Positions 51,349 to 62,800 of a DNA stretch of 64,000 bases are shown piece after piece. The position numbers and the translations under genes were made by a program. The notes below the pieces were generated by a model that was not told the DNA's origin, did no database searches, and saw only the letters and a list, made by a program, of their open reading frames with translations. The DNA is from Catajapyx aquilonaris (Eukaryota), in NCBI GenBank assembly GCA_000934665.2, contig KZ538093.1, positions 62,001-126,000 on the forward strand, given 5' to 3'. How positions within the stretch are numbered: position 1 is the first letter of the stretch; the number at the start of each line of letters is the position of its first letter.

Positions 51349-53299
51349 GGTTTCACTGTATCCAAAATAGAAAGTTTGTATGCATGTATGTTTGATTGTA
51401 CATGGCAATGGGTTACCAGCATAGCTACGATGGTTGCCATGGTAACCCAGTTGCCGGGTAACCCGCGTTTTAAAAATAGGGATTCATAAGAATTCAGTTC
51501 GACCAAACGCACAAAATCCGTACACATACAGTAGCCTAGAGTACCGGTACTTGACTTGCCGGTCCACATGTGGTGCATTTGCCGAGTATCCCTCATAGGG
51601 GACACCCGATTTCAACGCCACCCTCAGACAAGGAAAGTAAAAAAATATGCCTATATTTCCACATGGACATCATCATTCATAAGTTTTCTAAGTATTACAA
51701 ACAAAAAATAACTCATCATGCTAATCAACATTCGATAATTAATTACTAATCGTCTTCGGAACGTGGAGGTGCAGCCATTATTTCCTGCATTAAAATTCAA
51801 ACTCCTGTATCTTAAAAATCTGAAGCCATATTGAGCCGGTTTGAACTTGTATAGTTAGCTGGGACTCTACTGAAGCCCCCATCACTACTGCCAGCTCTTT
51901 AGCAGCAGAAGAACCTGTGCAAAAAAATTAAAATGTAACAACTGTGCAGGTGTCCCCTATAGGGCACACTCGGCATATCTGGGTTAAGATATTCAAAAAT
52001 ATGCTTGAAATACATATCAAGCATTGTTGAATGATATATTAATCATTGACTGTCCCTTTCAAGTAAGAGAAGGTTTAAAAAAAAGAAGTGTCATCAGGTA
52101 ATTTTTTTTCATTCAATTCTGTGTCAGTCGAGACACAACCTTTACCAAAATTGACTCATTTGAGGTGGAATAAGATGCAGCAGTTACTATAACACAGGAA
52201 TGTTCGTCTATGTACTGCAGGACTGACAGGAATTCATGTTGGGTTCTTGGTCAAGTATGTCACAATGACACAGACTGAATGGACACAAAACAAATTTCAT
52301 GTTAGTTTGGTGCACTTAAGATCATGTCTCAACCACACTGCTGCATTTCTTCCATTGTTCAACTTATAGTGGCTGCCTCTCGGGAGCTCCAGCTGTCCCA
52401 AAACTTGCTCTCTCTATATCCAATAAAAAAAAAAAAAAAAATGCTGTCCAAGTGTATCATGATGATTGGTGTATTTTACAGGTTGTTCCTATTGAAATGA
52501 CCTTTTTGTCGATTTTTTAAAACTCTAAGCTGCTTGTTTTTATGCACTTACTCCAGAGTAATCTTGGTGGTTATCAAAAGTATTAGCTATAACTATTAGG
52601 CCTAATTGAATAATCTGTCGAGCTCTAAATTGCAACGACTTTCCAACTGAGGATGGCCTGCTGGAAATAATGGGCATCGATCGTCAATGACATAACCTAT
52701 ATCTTGCCGGTCCCTTTGTAAGTGCAAAAAAGGACGGCAGTGGAAGTAACATGTGGGCGGTGTGGAGCGATGAAAGGAAATCAGGGAGGCTGTTGCTGTC
52801 TGGTTGCCAGGGAAACAAAAACAGAATCAGCACTCCGAAAGGGAAATACAATCTCTCAGCTCTCGCATGGAGGATGTTTACCTCGGTGGGATTATAGGAA
52901 GATGATCCACAATCCCAAAAAAGGTCACTTAATTGCGCATGTGTGATTCTGTAGACATAGACTGTCTTCACTGAGGTAGCATATTGAGGCTGTAGCATTT
53001 GGACGACGCACTTCACAATCTGTGTGTTGTAAGTTACTGAAGGTGTTATTAGCATTTGAAAGTGAAAATGTTCATTTTTTAAATATTTTCACAATAAGCT
53101 GCTTGTTATCAATTGGTTGTGAGGTTACCAAATATATCAGCAGCTGATGATACATGATATAGACACATCTATTGAAAGCACGAAGTAAAAGTATATCCTG
53201 CAAATATAATTGGCTCAAATATTGATCTCAGGTGCAAATGGGTCACATGCAATGATTTTAGAAATCCATCCTGAATAAATGCTTATTGGCACTCAAATA

Positions 53300-54147
53300 C
53301 AGTAAAACTTCTATAAGTCAAACTAAATTATGAGCTTGGTTGGTCACAATAATAATAAAATAACAGGAAATGACCTTCCCTAACTAGAATTTCTGTCCCC
53401 TTAAGTCGAAGTTCATGTTGGCGAGTACGAAAAATTTTCTCATTTCCCAGCCGAAGGGTCGAGCGTAGGCCACATGTACAGAAAGGCTCTTTCCTGATAT
53501 CCGTCTACCAGTAATGACTCATGCCATTCGCACCGGGTCCCATGGACCCAGACGTTCCCATCTGTGTTTGATTAAATAACAGAGTTTTTTTTTTACATCA
53601 AAACAATGAGGAACATGGTAGTGTTATAGTGACAGTTATTTTAAAGTTTTGAACACCTTTCGTCGCTGGATATAAAAGTAGGCTTCCTTATAGAGTTATA
53701 ATAATAATAATTGGGTTAGTGCATAGCCCGTTTTTAATAGGCATCTGGCACGGTGCCTTTATTGCTTTTTAAGGTGTACAAGATTTTTGTTGGTCCTTTT
53801 CCGTAACGCCCGGGTACCGCGAGCGAGAGAAAGGTGACTGGGAGGGGATGTGCAAGAGCAATGCCTCAAACAGTACATTTTGTGAACTCCCTGGGGTGGA
53901 GTAGACTGTCGGAGATTCCACCCGAGACGAAGCCAGAGACAACCCAACTCTGCACGAGATGAAGGGGGGAATGCCTGGGCTTGGGATCGAACCCGTGACC
54001 CTTCCATCCGTGGGCGCATGTGTTTCCGCAGTGCCACTCCGCCTCCCCACTTCCTTATAGAGTTATGTGCTTAAAATATTCCAAATTCAATCTTCTATAA
54101 CTCCTTTTTCCTGTCCTATGGAGATTCGACTTATAGAAGTTTTACTG
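53300..54147. mobile_element. pogo/Tigger-type MITE hosting a SINE
   Basis: TA-CAGTAAAACTTCTATAAGTC ... GACTTATAGAAGTTTTACTG-TA (20-bp perfect TIR). Confidence 0.9.
53700..54049 (-). mobile_element. Full-length tRNA-derived SINE, family B
   Basis: 17-bp TSD CTTCCTTATAGAGTTAT at 53683 and 54050; A/B boxes on the minus strand; (TTA)n tail. Confidence 0.92.
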
Positions 54148-54766
54148 TATTAGAAGCCAGTGTATTAGATGGCTCCTAAAAGTAGTGCTGGAAATTAACT
54201 GCTTAACCCCGGGCTCCAACTGTAAGGAATTTGTGAATATGCAAAAACTGAAAATTTTTTGAGAGGGCAGTTCAAACTTCGGTGAATAACTGTTCAGTTA
54301 GATTTATACTTTCAACATAGAGGGCCCAATGTATTTCAGATTCCATGACCTGATTGATTGTGTTATTTGGAATGTAGTGGCCTTGACTTACGTTGGGGAG
54401 CGGCCATCATATTTTACCGAGTTGTTCCTACCCCATTACAATGAGAGTGGGACACAATTGTGTATGCAGAAACTGGTGATCACAAGTACAGCATGCATCT
54501 TATTTCCAAGCTGAAATTACCACTGCAATTTTTTTGTATCCGGTAATAGATCAAAAACAGTGTCAGATTTTATTGCATTACATTTTAGGGGCTCTATGAG
54601 ATCAGTGCACACTTAGAAGCAGAAAGTACATTTGGCATGATAACTCACATCTTTTCACATGTGACGTCACACTTGACACAACTTATCTGACTTTAAAAAC
54701 GATGTGAACTTCTTGATATGCATAGTATTGTACATGAGGAAGCCAGAGGACTGTATATAAAAAAAC

Positions 54767-54772
<6 letters not shown>

Positions 54773-54840
<68 letters not shown>
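54773..54840. repeat. (GA)n microsatellite
   Basis: Directly visible. Confidence 0.98.
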
Positions 54841-54842
<2 letters not shown>

Positions 54843-55145
54843 CCTCACTTGGAATATACCATATTACTTGGTAACAGACATAGATTTAAGTTGCTTTATG
54901 GGGGAGATTCAACCAGAGAATTGTGGTGACATCACTGAGCCATAATGACTGTCAACAATGAAACAAACAATTAAAGGTTTGTGATATCATGACCATTTTC
55001 TGATTGAGTCGAAATAATGTGTGGACGAGTTCCAGGAATTTATCTCATTATGATGAAATTGCACTTTTAAATGATTGGACCACCTTTTTTTTGTAGGTCT
55101 GAGGCTGCAGTGCTCTAAAAGTGAAGGTAACAATAGAGGAGGATC

Positions 55146-55258
55146 ATGTTTGAAGGCAAGCACATTCACTACAGCCCATTGGACCACAAGCCACTCTGCT
55201 CTTATTCCAACAAAGTATGCAAGCAAAGGCGCCTGAATGGCTATGCCTTCTGCATAAG
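55146..55258 (+). CDS. INO80D: INO80 complex subunit D-like, coding exon 1 (MFEGKHIHYSPLDHKPLCSYSNKVCKQRRLNGYAFCIR)
   Basis: Translated by hand; matches the INO80D N-terminal C3H-type zinc finger; exon acceptor at 55096, donor AG|gtatgg. Confidence 0.95.
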
Positions 55259-55316
55259 GTATGGTGAATCGACTTGAAGTGTAAATGATGATGAAGCAAT
55301 TGCCTACTTTTTCTAG

Positions 55317-55418
55317 GCACATTTTGGAAGATACAGATGCACCTTTCAAGCAGTGCTCATATGTGGCAAAGTATAACAAGAAATGCAGCAACCCAATACC
55401 AACTAGTGAAGATCGTGG
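55317..55418 (+). CDS. INO80D: INO80D-like exon 2 (HILEDTDAPFKQCSYVAKYNKKCSNPIPTSEDRG)
   Basis: Continues the zinc finger motif H.LED..APFKQC.YVAKYN..C.NPIP; 58-nt preceding intron; donor GG|gtgagt. Confidence 0.95.
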
Positions 55419-56968
55419 GTGAGTGTAAATTACATTTAGGGATGTATTTGCTTAAGAGCAGCCATATTTGGTGACAGGAGTTGTGACCCATACAAGACTT
55501 AATATGTTCAGTTTCAATCTTGGGTCATGTATGGCTCACGAGAAAATAACAGATATGTTTTGCAGATATAACATTTATTTTCAAGGACATGTGATGGATG
55601 GAATCCCACACATTTTTCTAGTTACATTTCAGAGGAAAACAAATACTGTAGGCCCATTCTCCAAGGGTTTCTCATTCATTTGATGTATGTGTTCGATTGG
55701 TTTTGACCACTTCCATTATCCGGGAAAAATTATCCAAAAAGGCCCAATTTCCAAAATGTCGCGATTTTGTCCCTCCCAGCAGTGTGTCTCAATTTGGCTG
55801 AAACTTGATATGCAGCGTTATGGCATAGGTGTGTACAGCTGTCATTTGTTTCAGCAAAATCTGAGATGGTCTAGCAACATTTAGGCCCACTTGATTGGCA
55901 AAAACCCGCAAAAACCCCTGTATTTGAGGATTTTGGTTTTTTGACTGCCCTGAGGTCAAAAACAAATTGCAGATAAAATGAATGGTCATTATGAACTAGC
56001 GCACCCGCAGCCAAAATTTGGCAAGGCCTGATGATTTAGTGCTGTGATCAGAAGGTGGCAGCACTCACAAGGGACCGTTCTCCTTCCGGAGCGTTCCAGA
56101 GGCGAAGAAAATAAGGCTATTATTATAGGGGGAATTATGAGTGACCTAAAGGAGCATGGAAATAGGGATGAATTTCTATGGACAAATATCGTGTTGCCTC
56201 ATGTTATCACCACTCATATCCTGCTCCCTTGGCAAACACTGGCCAATGTTGCTGGTCATCTACCGTGTTAACTGTTGGCCCCTCGACATTTCTCACCACT
56301 ATATTATCGACTTGTTTTGGCCGAAGGAAGACACAGACGGCCATTGGCCATACCACCAAGTGAAAAAATTTTGGGTTCAAGGTCACACAAGCTACTGGGA
56401 GATTTGAATGTGTGGAGGCCTATTTGATGAAATTGAACTGGAATGACCCGTGGGAATGCAACTCCGCCACAATTTTTTACACAGTACCAGAGACAATTTC
56501 GCCCCCCCAAATTTGCAGCTCTAGGTAGTTGCCTACTTTGCCTATCGGGAAATTCGGGCCTGCATGTAGTCATGCCTGACGCACTTGGCTAGAATCCCGG
56601 CAGGCAGGTTTTGGGCCAAGGCAGGCCAAGGCAAGGAGCCCGAACAGGCCAAAAAAATGCAGCAAATATTTAGTGAGACTGAGAAAAACTTAATTTTGGG
56701 GAGCGCTATTTAATTTTATCACCTGCCATCGAAACAGTCACGAAATAATTTGGATGAAAAACTGCCGAGATAGCAGAGGCGTGCATTGCCGGGAAGGCAT
56801 GGTGGTCTGGCGGTTACGCCACTGGCCAGCCAAACGGGAGCCCGGGGTTGAAATCCCGTCCCCGTCACCTCTGCTTGGCCGGGTCTTTTTCCGCTTTTCA
56901 CCCGACATTCCGGGGCAGAATTGCACTCCCTACTCTGTCCAGGGCCAGAGAAAAGGCCGGGTGTTTAA

Positions 56969-58169
56969 AGGGACACTCCACTCAAAATACAAGTTGGCCT
57001 CTAAAAATCAGGCAAGGAATCCTGATTCCGAGAATGCGATCCGTTTATCTCTGAGGCGAACGGTAATGGCAGGGGAAGAGACGAAAGTCGGAATAAATTC
57101 GACTTCTGATCGAGCGTGGAGCCGCCCTCCTGACCAGCGGCCCCCGGGGGAAGTTGGGTACTCGCCACCTGGCGGCTGCCTCAGGAAGTAGGGATCGTAG
57201 CCGCGCGGGTTTGAAAAAATGCAGTTCGGTGGGATATTTCTGGCTGCTGCCAATACTGTCACGGAGGTGTTACTTTCCAGACCTCGCCTTTGCTTGGCTC
57301 CTAATTGTGTACCGGTGGGCTACATATCATTCTGTTGCTGCCGCATCAGATCCCCGTAAAATTGGAATTAGTCATTGAAACAGAGCCATTAGCAATCTTC
57401 TGGCCCTAACACATATTAGCTGCTATTCTCAATCGCGTAGCGGTTATTCCAAGATGGCGCAGTCCAGCGATTCTGTCGGGCCCGAATGTACGGTAATGGA
57501 AAAGGATAGTTCGCGACCTAGCATGGAGGCTGCCGAGGGAGATAGCTCCGAACAGTCCGAAGTTCCAGGCTGCCTCCGACCCAGTCCACATGGGATCCTC
57601 CCTTATCAATTCGAGCCGTGCGAGGGTGAGGAGCAAAACACTGCCCAGAATGACGGCCTTTTGTCCTTACCTTTCCGTGCCTTTCTCGTCCATGATGCTA
57701 CTTGCTTCCGAGCCCTCCACCATATGCCGGAATGAAAGCCAGAAATGACAAGCGTAGGACCTACCCACCTCCTGCCCTAGTGCTAAGCATAAACATGTGT
57801 CCCTCCGGGCCTTTATGAGTCATGGGGATCTGATGTGTAAGCAACAGAATGATGTAGCCCACCGGTACCCAAGCAAAGGCGAGGTCTGGAAAGTAACACC
57901 TCCGTGACAGTATTGGCAGCAGCCATAAATATCCCACCGAACTGCATTTCAAACCCGCGCGGCTACGATCCCTACTTCCTGAAGCAGCCGCCAGGTGCCC
58001 GGGGTAGGTGTCGCCGGGGGTGGAGGGGCAGGGGGTTTGCAGCCGGCCTACTTTGCCATTTATTTATCGGATTATCGTTCGCCGTAGAAAAAAACCCATG
58101 GTATCACCGGAATCAGGATTTTTGGCCTGATTTTTAGAGGTCAACTTGTTTTTTGAGTGGAGTGTCCCT
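56969..58169. mobile_element. Kolobok-type non-autonomous DNA transposon in INO80D intron 2
   Basis: TTAA-AGGGACACTCCACTCAAAA ... TTTTGAGTGGAGTGTCCCT-TTAA (RR/YY termini, ~60-bp TIR); second inverted arm pair 57166-57339 / 57840-57997. Confidence 0.88.
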
Positions 58170-58329
58170 TTAAAGAATGTCAGAAATGACTACTGCACAG
58201 CGCCCTCCCTTGGGAACCTCCCCTTCCCCCCTAAAAGGGCTCCGCCCTGTCACGGGGTCAATATTATAAAAACAAAAACAAAAAAAAAGAAATGCCCAAA
58301 TGGTAATTTCTAAATAATTTCAAATATAT

Positions 58330-59195
58330 CCTCCTGAGACCCGAGAAGAATTTTTAAAGCAATGTCAGTTCCTATTGCATTTTCTGAACATCTTCCCAAT
58401 AAGAAACGAGAAAAAAAATTTAGTTTTTAAATATCGACAAAAATAGTGACAAACAACCAATGAGAACATTTAGACCCAATTGCTGCTACAAAAGCAGAAC
58501 GGATGAAAGCTGAAAATTTATGGATCACTAACATAGTGCTCTATCCTCAAAACAATGTTTTTTAAATTCATTTGTGGAATTCATGGTAGCAATTCCTCTC
58601 AGAAGACAATTAAAGATAAACTGCAATTATTTTTGAATGCCACCACTCCAGGCATGGGGCTTGCTCCTTCCCTTCTTACCCCCTAGCATGGTACCTCGCT
58701 ATTTCAAGATTTTAAAACTGAACTGTATAATGCAAAGCACACTTCCTTATGGGTGTACAGGTACAGGCACTTAAAGAAATGCCACAGTCGATTCAGCTAA
58801 AAATAATCATTTCGGATGTCCATTTAAATGGGCATTTGGTCTCAGGGAGAAAAGAAAATTGCCAGTTCTCTACAGCAGCAAAGATTGTCACAGACACATC
58901 TTTTCGTATTCTCTAATACACATTCCTTGAGAATCCCAGGACATTCACCGCATTGCGAAAATCGCACTCTAAATATGAGTTTTAAACAAAACTTATCAGA
59001 TGAGCGCCTAGTTTCAGCAGCGGCATCCGCCATTTTCATAAGTGATTTAATTTTCGCTGCCAAAGTCAGATATTCGACACTTGGTGGCTGAGCCCAGATT
59101 GTAATCATGGGATACCAACAGATTACAGTTCTGTTGGCATCACTAGTTGGCGCCAAAAATTTTTTTTGCTGATGTCGACACCATGTCTCAGGAGG
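58330..59195. mobile_element. ATAT-flanked TIR element (piggyBac-related?)
   Basis: ATAT-CCTCCTGAGAC ... GTCTCAGGAGG-ATAT. Confidence 0.7.
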
Positions 59196-59632
59196 ATATG
59201 GTTAGATAGGCAAAGATTTGCACTATCCAGGGTTCACAGGAAAACTTTTGTGGCCTCCGGTAAGTGTCGAATAAAAAATACTTTTTCGGCATAACGTTGG
59301 CAACGTATCAAAAAATGACATCTTTCTGCCTTCTTTTTGGGATAAAAAATTACACAAAAAGGTTAGAAAAACAACTTGCACATATCCTACATGGATTGAA
59401 ACAAGCTTTTGAACTATGTATAACATGATTTTTTTTTGGATCATCTGCCTATGAGTTGTTTCGAGTCAAACACAGGGCTCAATGGATTAGGGAGCACTCC
59501 CAGCCCGGTAGGAGTGGGTCCAGGTACTCCTAGGAGGGAGGATCGCTCTTACTACCTGGGAGGGGTTGGTGCAATGAAATCCCTTCCTAGCAGCGCTCCC
59601 ACCTCCTAGGAACTGTTCGGGCAATCGACCCT

Positions 59633-60211
59633 TAGAAACATGATGTTTGGTTTAAAAGTTACCTTCGGTCATGGAAATGTAGCACCATTCACAATATATG
59701 CTGGGATTGACCTTCAACCGCCTCCATATGCACTCGAATGCAACCCGACACGACACACCTTATTACATCTCTGCTGCATATCCTCATAAATGGTCAGGAT
59801 TGCTGCACTGATGTTGCTTTCCAAGTCTTCTAACATTGATGCTCACTGTTGTAAGCACAACTCTTCAAATATCCCCATTCACGGCTCTTTTGACAGGTGA
59901 AAACAGGATACCTGGTTTCTTGGAACAAATACATGGTGACTTTTTCGGTCATTCCAGTAGCCTGTGCTTCCCTTTTTGAATTTTTTTCTCCCTATAAAGG
60001 AGGTCATCTATGACTGGATTGGTCCAAAACACTTGGTGCAGCAATCCGGACTATTAATGTCCATATTCTGTGGAGGGCCTTTGATAATAAGGAGTATCAA
60101 GTTGTGTTCGAATGTGTATGGAGGACATTGAAGGTCAATCCCAGATTTGTTGTGAATTTTGCCACATTCCCATGAACTTAGGTAGGTTTTAAACGAAACA
60201 TCATGTTTCTA
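59633..60211. mobile_element. Degenerate fold-back Tc1/mariner derivative
   Basis: ~110-bp arms (TAGAAACATGATGTTT..CTGGGATTGACCTTCAA); minus-strand WGYLKS remnant at 59861-59878. Confidence 0.7.
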
Positions 60212-60423
60212 GGTAGAGTGGTAAGAAGGATATAGTCGATTCTTGGAGGGACTACCTAGTGAACATCCTGTACATAGTTATTGTTGTACCTTACTATGCT
60301 CAGCTTTCTGGGTGGTAGGTATGCCTTTGTAGGTTTTAAATGAGTTAATTTCATATCATTAAAAATGTCATTTGAAAAAAAAATTGTGCTTGTGAAAATT
60401 GACAATTTTTTGTTTTGTTGCAG

Positions 60424-61634
60424 ATTTTGTAATAGCCACATGGTTGCTGCTGGAATGGCACCAAGGAAGGAGAAGAAGCCAAAGAAAATCAGAGTTGATC
60501 AAAGTGAAAATCTCCCCACCATGAGCATTCCTGATGGCAAGCAGACATTTGCTGATCGAATGAAGGCTTCCCTGCTGACTGGGTCAAGCTCCAGTGGTGA
60601 TTCCAGCGATGACCCATATGCGTTTAATGATGCTGAGAGTGACACTAGGCCTCCCAGTTTTCGTCTACACCCGAGCCTATGCCGTTTTACAACAAACTTA
60701 CAACCCTGCATAAGCCCCGTGAGATATGGAAATGCTGTGACAGAGACCTCTGCCACAAGCATGGCATCTAAATGTGTCTCGGTCGAAAATTTATATCAGA
60801 ATTACAAGCTTTCTGTTTGTAGTGCCGTCCATGAGCTGATACCACAGCTAAGAAACTCAATCCCAACGACATTGGCTGCTCCAACTACCTCTTTTCCTCA
60901 CCCACTTCCTGCCATCAGAACTTCAGTGGCCAACATGCACCCTACAGTCATGATTACTCCCTGCCAGTCCACCAGCAAAAATGCAAACCCACCCATCATC
61001 CATATCCCTAAACCTGCTGGATTTGGCCTCCGACCATGGCAGGAAGAGAACAGTCCTGTAGAATCAAAAACAATGGATGATGAGAGTTCGAAGACTATGA
61101 ATCAATTACAAGCGAAGATTGCTCAGAAAAAGATCTCTGTCAAGCATCGAAAGAATTGTGTTCCTCAGAAGGACTCTTCTCTGGGATCCTTGGCTACAAG
61201 GATTAAGGCTGAGTTTCCAACATTGGTGCATCACCTTGAGGGAGAGCATAGCTTGTTAGAGCAGCAACTCTTGGGCTTGACTCCCAATCACAGTATGCCG
61301 TCATATATACAGAAGAGTACTTCATGTGCGTCTTCTGTATCATCGGATGTTTCTGGAGATGGCATGAATTTTGCAAGCCTTGACTATGGCTGTGACTCTC
61401 CTGCTTCTTTACTTAAAAGTCATGCAACATCACCAAAGATGGATGTGTCAATTTCAGAACACTCCCCTGTTACTGAAACTATTCACATAGAAACCTACTG
61501 GAAAACCAAAGGCTCAGAACCTATTACCAGTACAGCAAACCAGGGCATTGTGAATGAAACTCCTGCAGTACTGAAGCATTTAGACCAACTCCTTGTGAAA
61601 CAGAAAGAAAGAAAGCAAGACTTGTTCCCCTTGG
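60424..61634 (+). CDS. INO80D: INO80D-like exon 3 (FCNSHMVAAGMAPRKEKK... long S/P/T-rich region ...KQDLFPL)
   Basis: 1.2-kb open frame; CNSH completes the zinc finger in phase; acceptor ttgcag, donor G|gtaagt. Confidence 0.92.
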
Positions 61635-61697
61635 GTAAGTACGTTTCTGTAAATTAGAATGGGGTTAGACTTTTAGTAATAATAGTTTGTTATTTAG

Positions 61698-62085
61698 GCC
61701 TGGCACCTTCAGACAGTGATGATGACACGGATGATGATTGTGGAATTCTTATGAGTCTGGGTCGGCCAGAAAGTGACAGCTGGGAGTCAAAGGAAAAGAT
61801 GGAAAGGCATTCCGTTGTCGAAGCTGCAATGAAAGAGGGTTGCTCTGGTTATCCTAGATCTGACCCTTATTCAATGGGGGCCAGAGAAAAGCATACCAGG
61901 TGTACTAAGAAAGTACCCAGTAGACACATAAAAACATCAAATGAGCGAGACAGCGTGCAACGAGATTATGTAAGGACACTTATTGCTGCTGCCAGGAAAT
62001 ATCCCAATTCTGCAGCTGCTGTCTTAGAATCACATTTTGTTAAACCAGAAGACAGATTGCAATTTGCACCCAAATATCTTGATAT
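61698..62085 (+). CDS. INO80D: INO80D-like exon 4 (GLAPSDSDDDTDDD...TLIAAARKYPN...)
   Basis: Phase-compatible AG/GT boundaries; acidic stretch; open frame. Confidence 0.85.
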
Positions 62086-62151
62086 GTAAGTATTGATGGT
62101 TGTTTGGCTCCTGTGTAATTATCTAACATCTGTGCCATATACCTATGTCAG

Positions 62152-62389
62152 GCTGGAGGACCCACTTTATGTACATCACCATTGTCGCTTCAAAGAGAGC
62201 AGTGGCTCCTCATGCCAGAACGTGGCCCTCCCTGGCAGCTGGCATTGCAAGATGCACATCATGTACAATGTCAACCAACAGATATTTGAGCATTGCACTG
62301 CCAAGTTTGCAAGTAACTTACAGTGCTGCATACCCACTGTTGATACCACCCATGAACTTCCTCTCTGCACTGAGCATTCACTTAAAAGG
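62152..62389 (+). CDS. INO80D: INO80D-like exon 5, second Cys/His cluster (CQNVALPGSWHCKMHIMYNVNQQIFEHCTAKF...LPLCTEH)
   Basis: Matches the second zf-C3Hc3H-type region of INO80D; canonical splice sites. Confidence 0.92.
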
Positions 62390-62461
62390 GTATGTGTGAT
62401 AGTTGGTCAATGCAATATTGCCATAAATTCTGTTTGCTAATGCTGTGATATAATTCGACAG

Positions 62462-62624
62462 GACAACTATGACAGGATGGTTTGTAAACACAAACCAAAG
62501 AGGACTCGGAAGCGAACAAAGCCGTCTGCAATGACTCGTCCAAACAAGAGAGGTAAAAAGAAAAAGAGATCACAGATTGCATCGCCTCTGCCAGCTGACT
62601 CCGAAGAAGGAAATCAAATGAAAG
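62462..62624 (+). CDS. INO80D: INO80D-like exon 6 (DNYDRMVCKHKPKRTRKRTKPSAMTRPNKRGKKKKR)
   Basis: DN.DRM plus basic NLS-like tract; 3' boundary uncertain because an in-phase alternative donor follows 62645. Confidence 0.82.
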
Positions 62625-62698
62625 GTCAATATAATATATTTGAGGGTAGGGGAGTTGTCTACCTACTAGAGGTGTGTAAATGATGCATAATTTTGCAG

Positions 62699-62800
62699 AC
62701 TCGGCAATATCAGAAGATCCTCCCAAAGCAAGTGATTTAGAAGACACAAAGGGGAGCCCATTCTCACAGCTTGATTATGCAATGGATTCCACCATTCAAG
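62699..62800 (+). CDS. INO80D: INO80D-like probable exon 7 (DSAISEDPPK...STIQ); gene likely continues beyond the window
   Basis: Acceptor ttttgcag in phase 1, donor AAG|gtgtgc; no conserved motif recognised. Confidence 0.6.

Larger units (their letters stand above)
49950..51983. mobile_element. piggyBac-like non-autonomous element (~2 kb) with nested hAT MITE
   Basis: TTAA-CCCAGATATGCC ... GGCATATCTGGG-TTAA; subterminal repeats GTCCCCTA..GGG.ACACTCGGCA. Confidence 0.87.

Noticed and set aside
50844..51605. 253-aa ORF and overlapping ORFs
   Set aside because: Open only because they cross the N gap inside nested MITEs
54718..54945. RE-repeat ORF
   Set aside because: Artefact of the (GA)n microsatellite
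60365..60423. ATG at 60365 as the start of the 430-aa ORF
   Set aside because: Intronic pyrimidine tract; the true start is at 55146 and the exon begins at 60424
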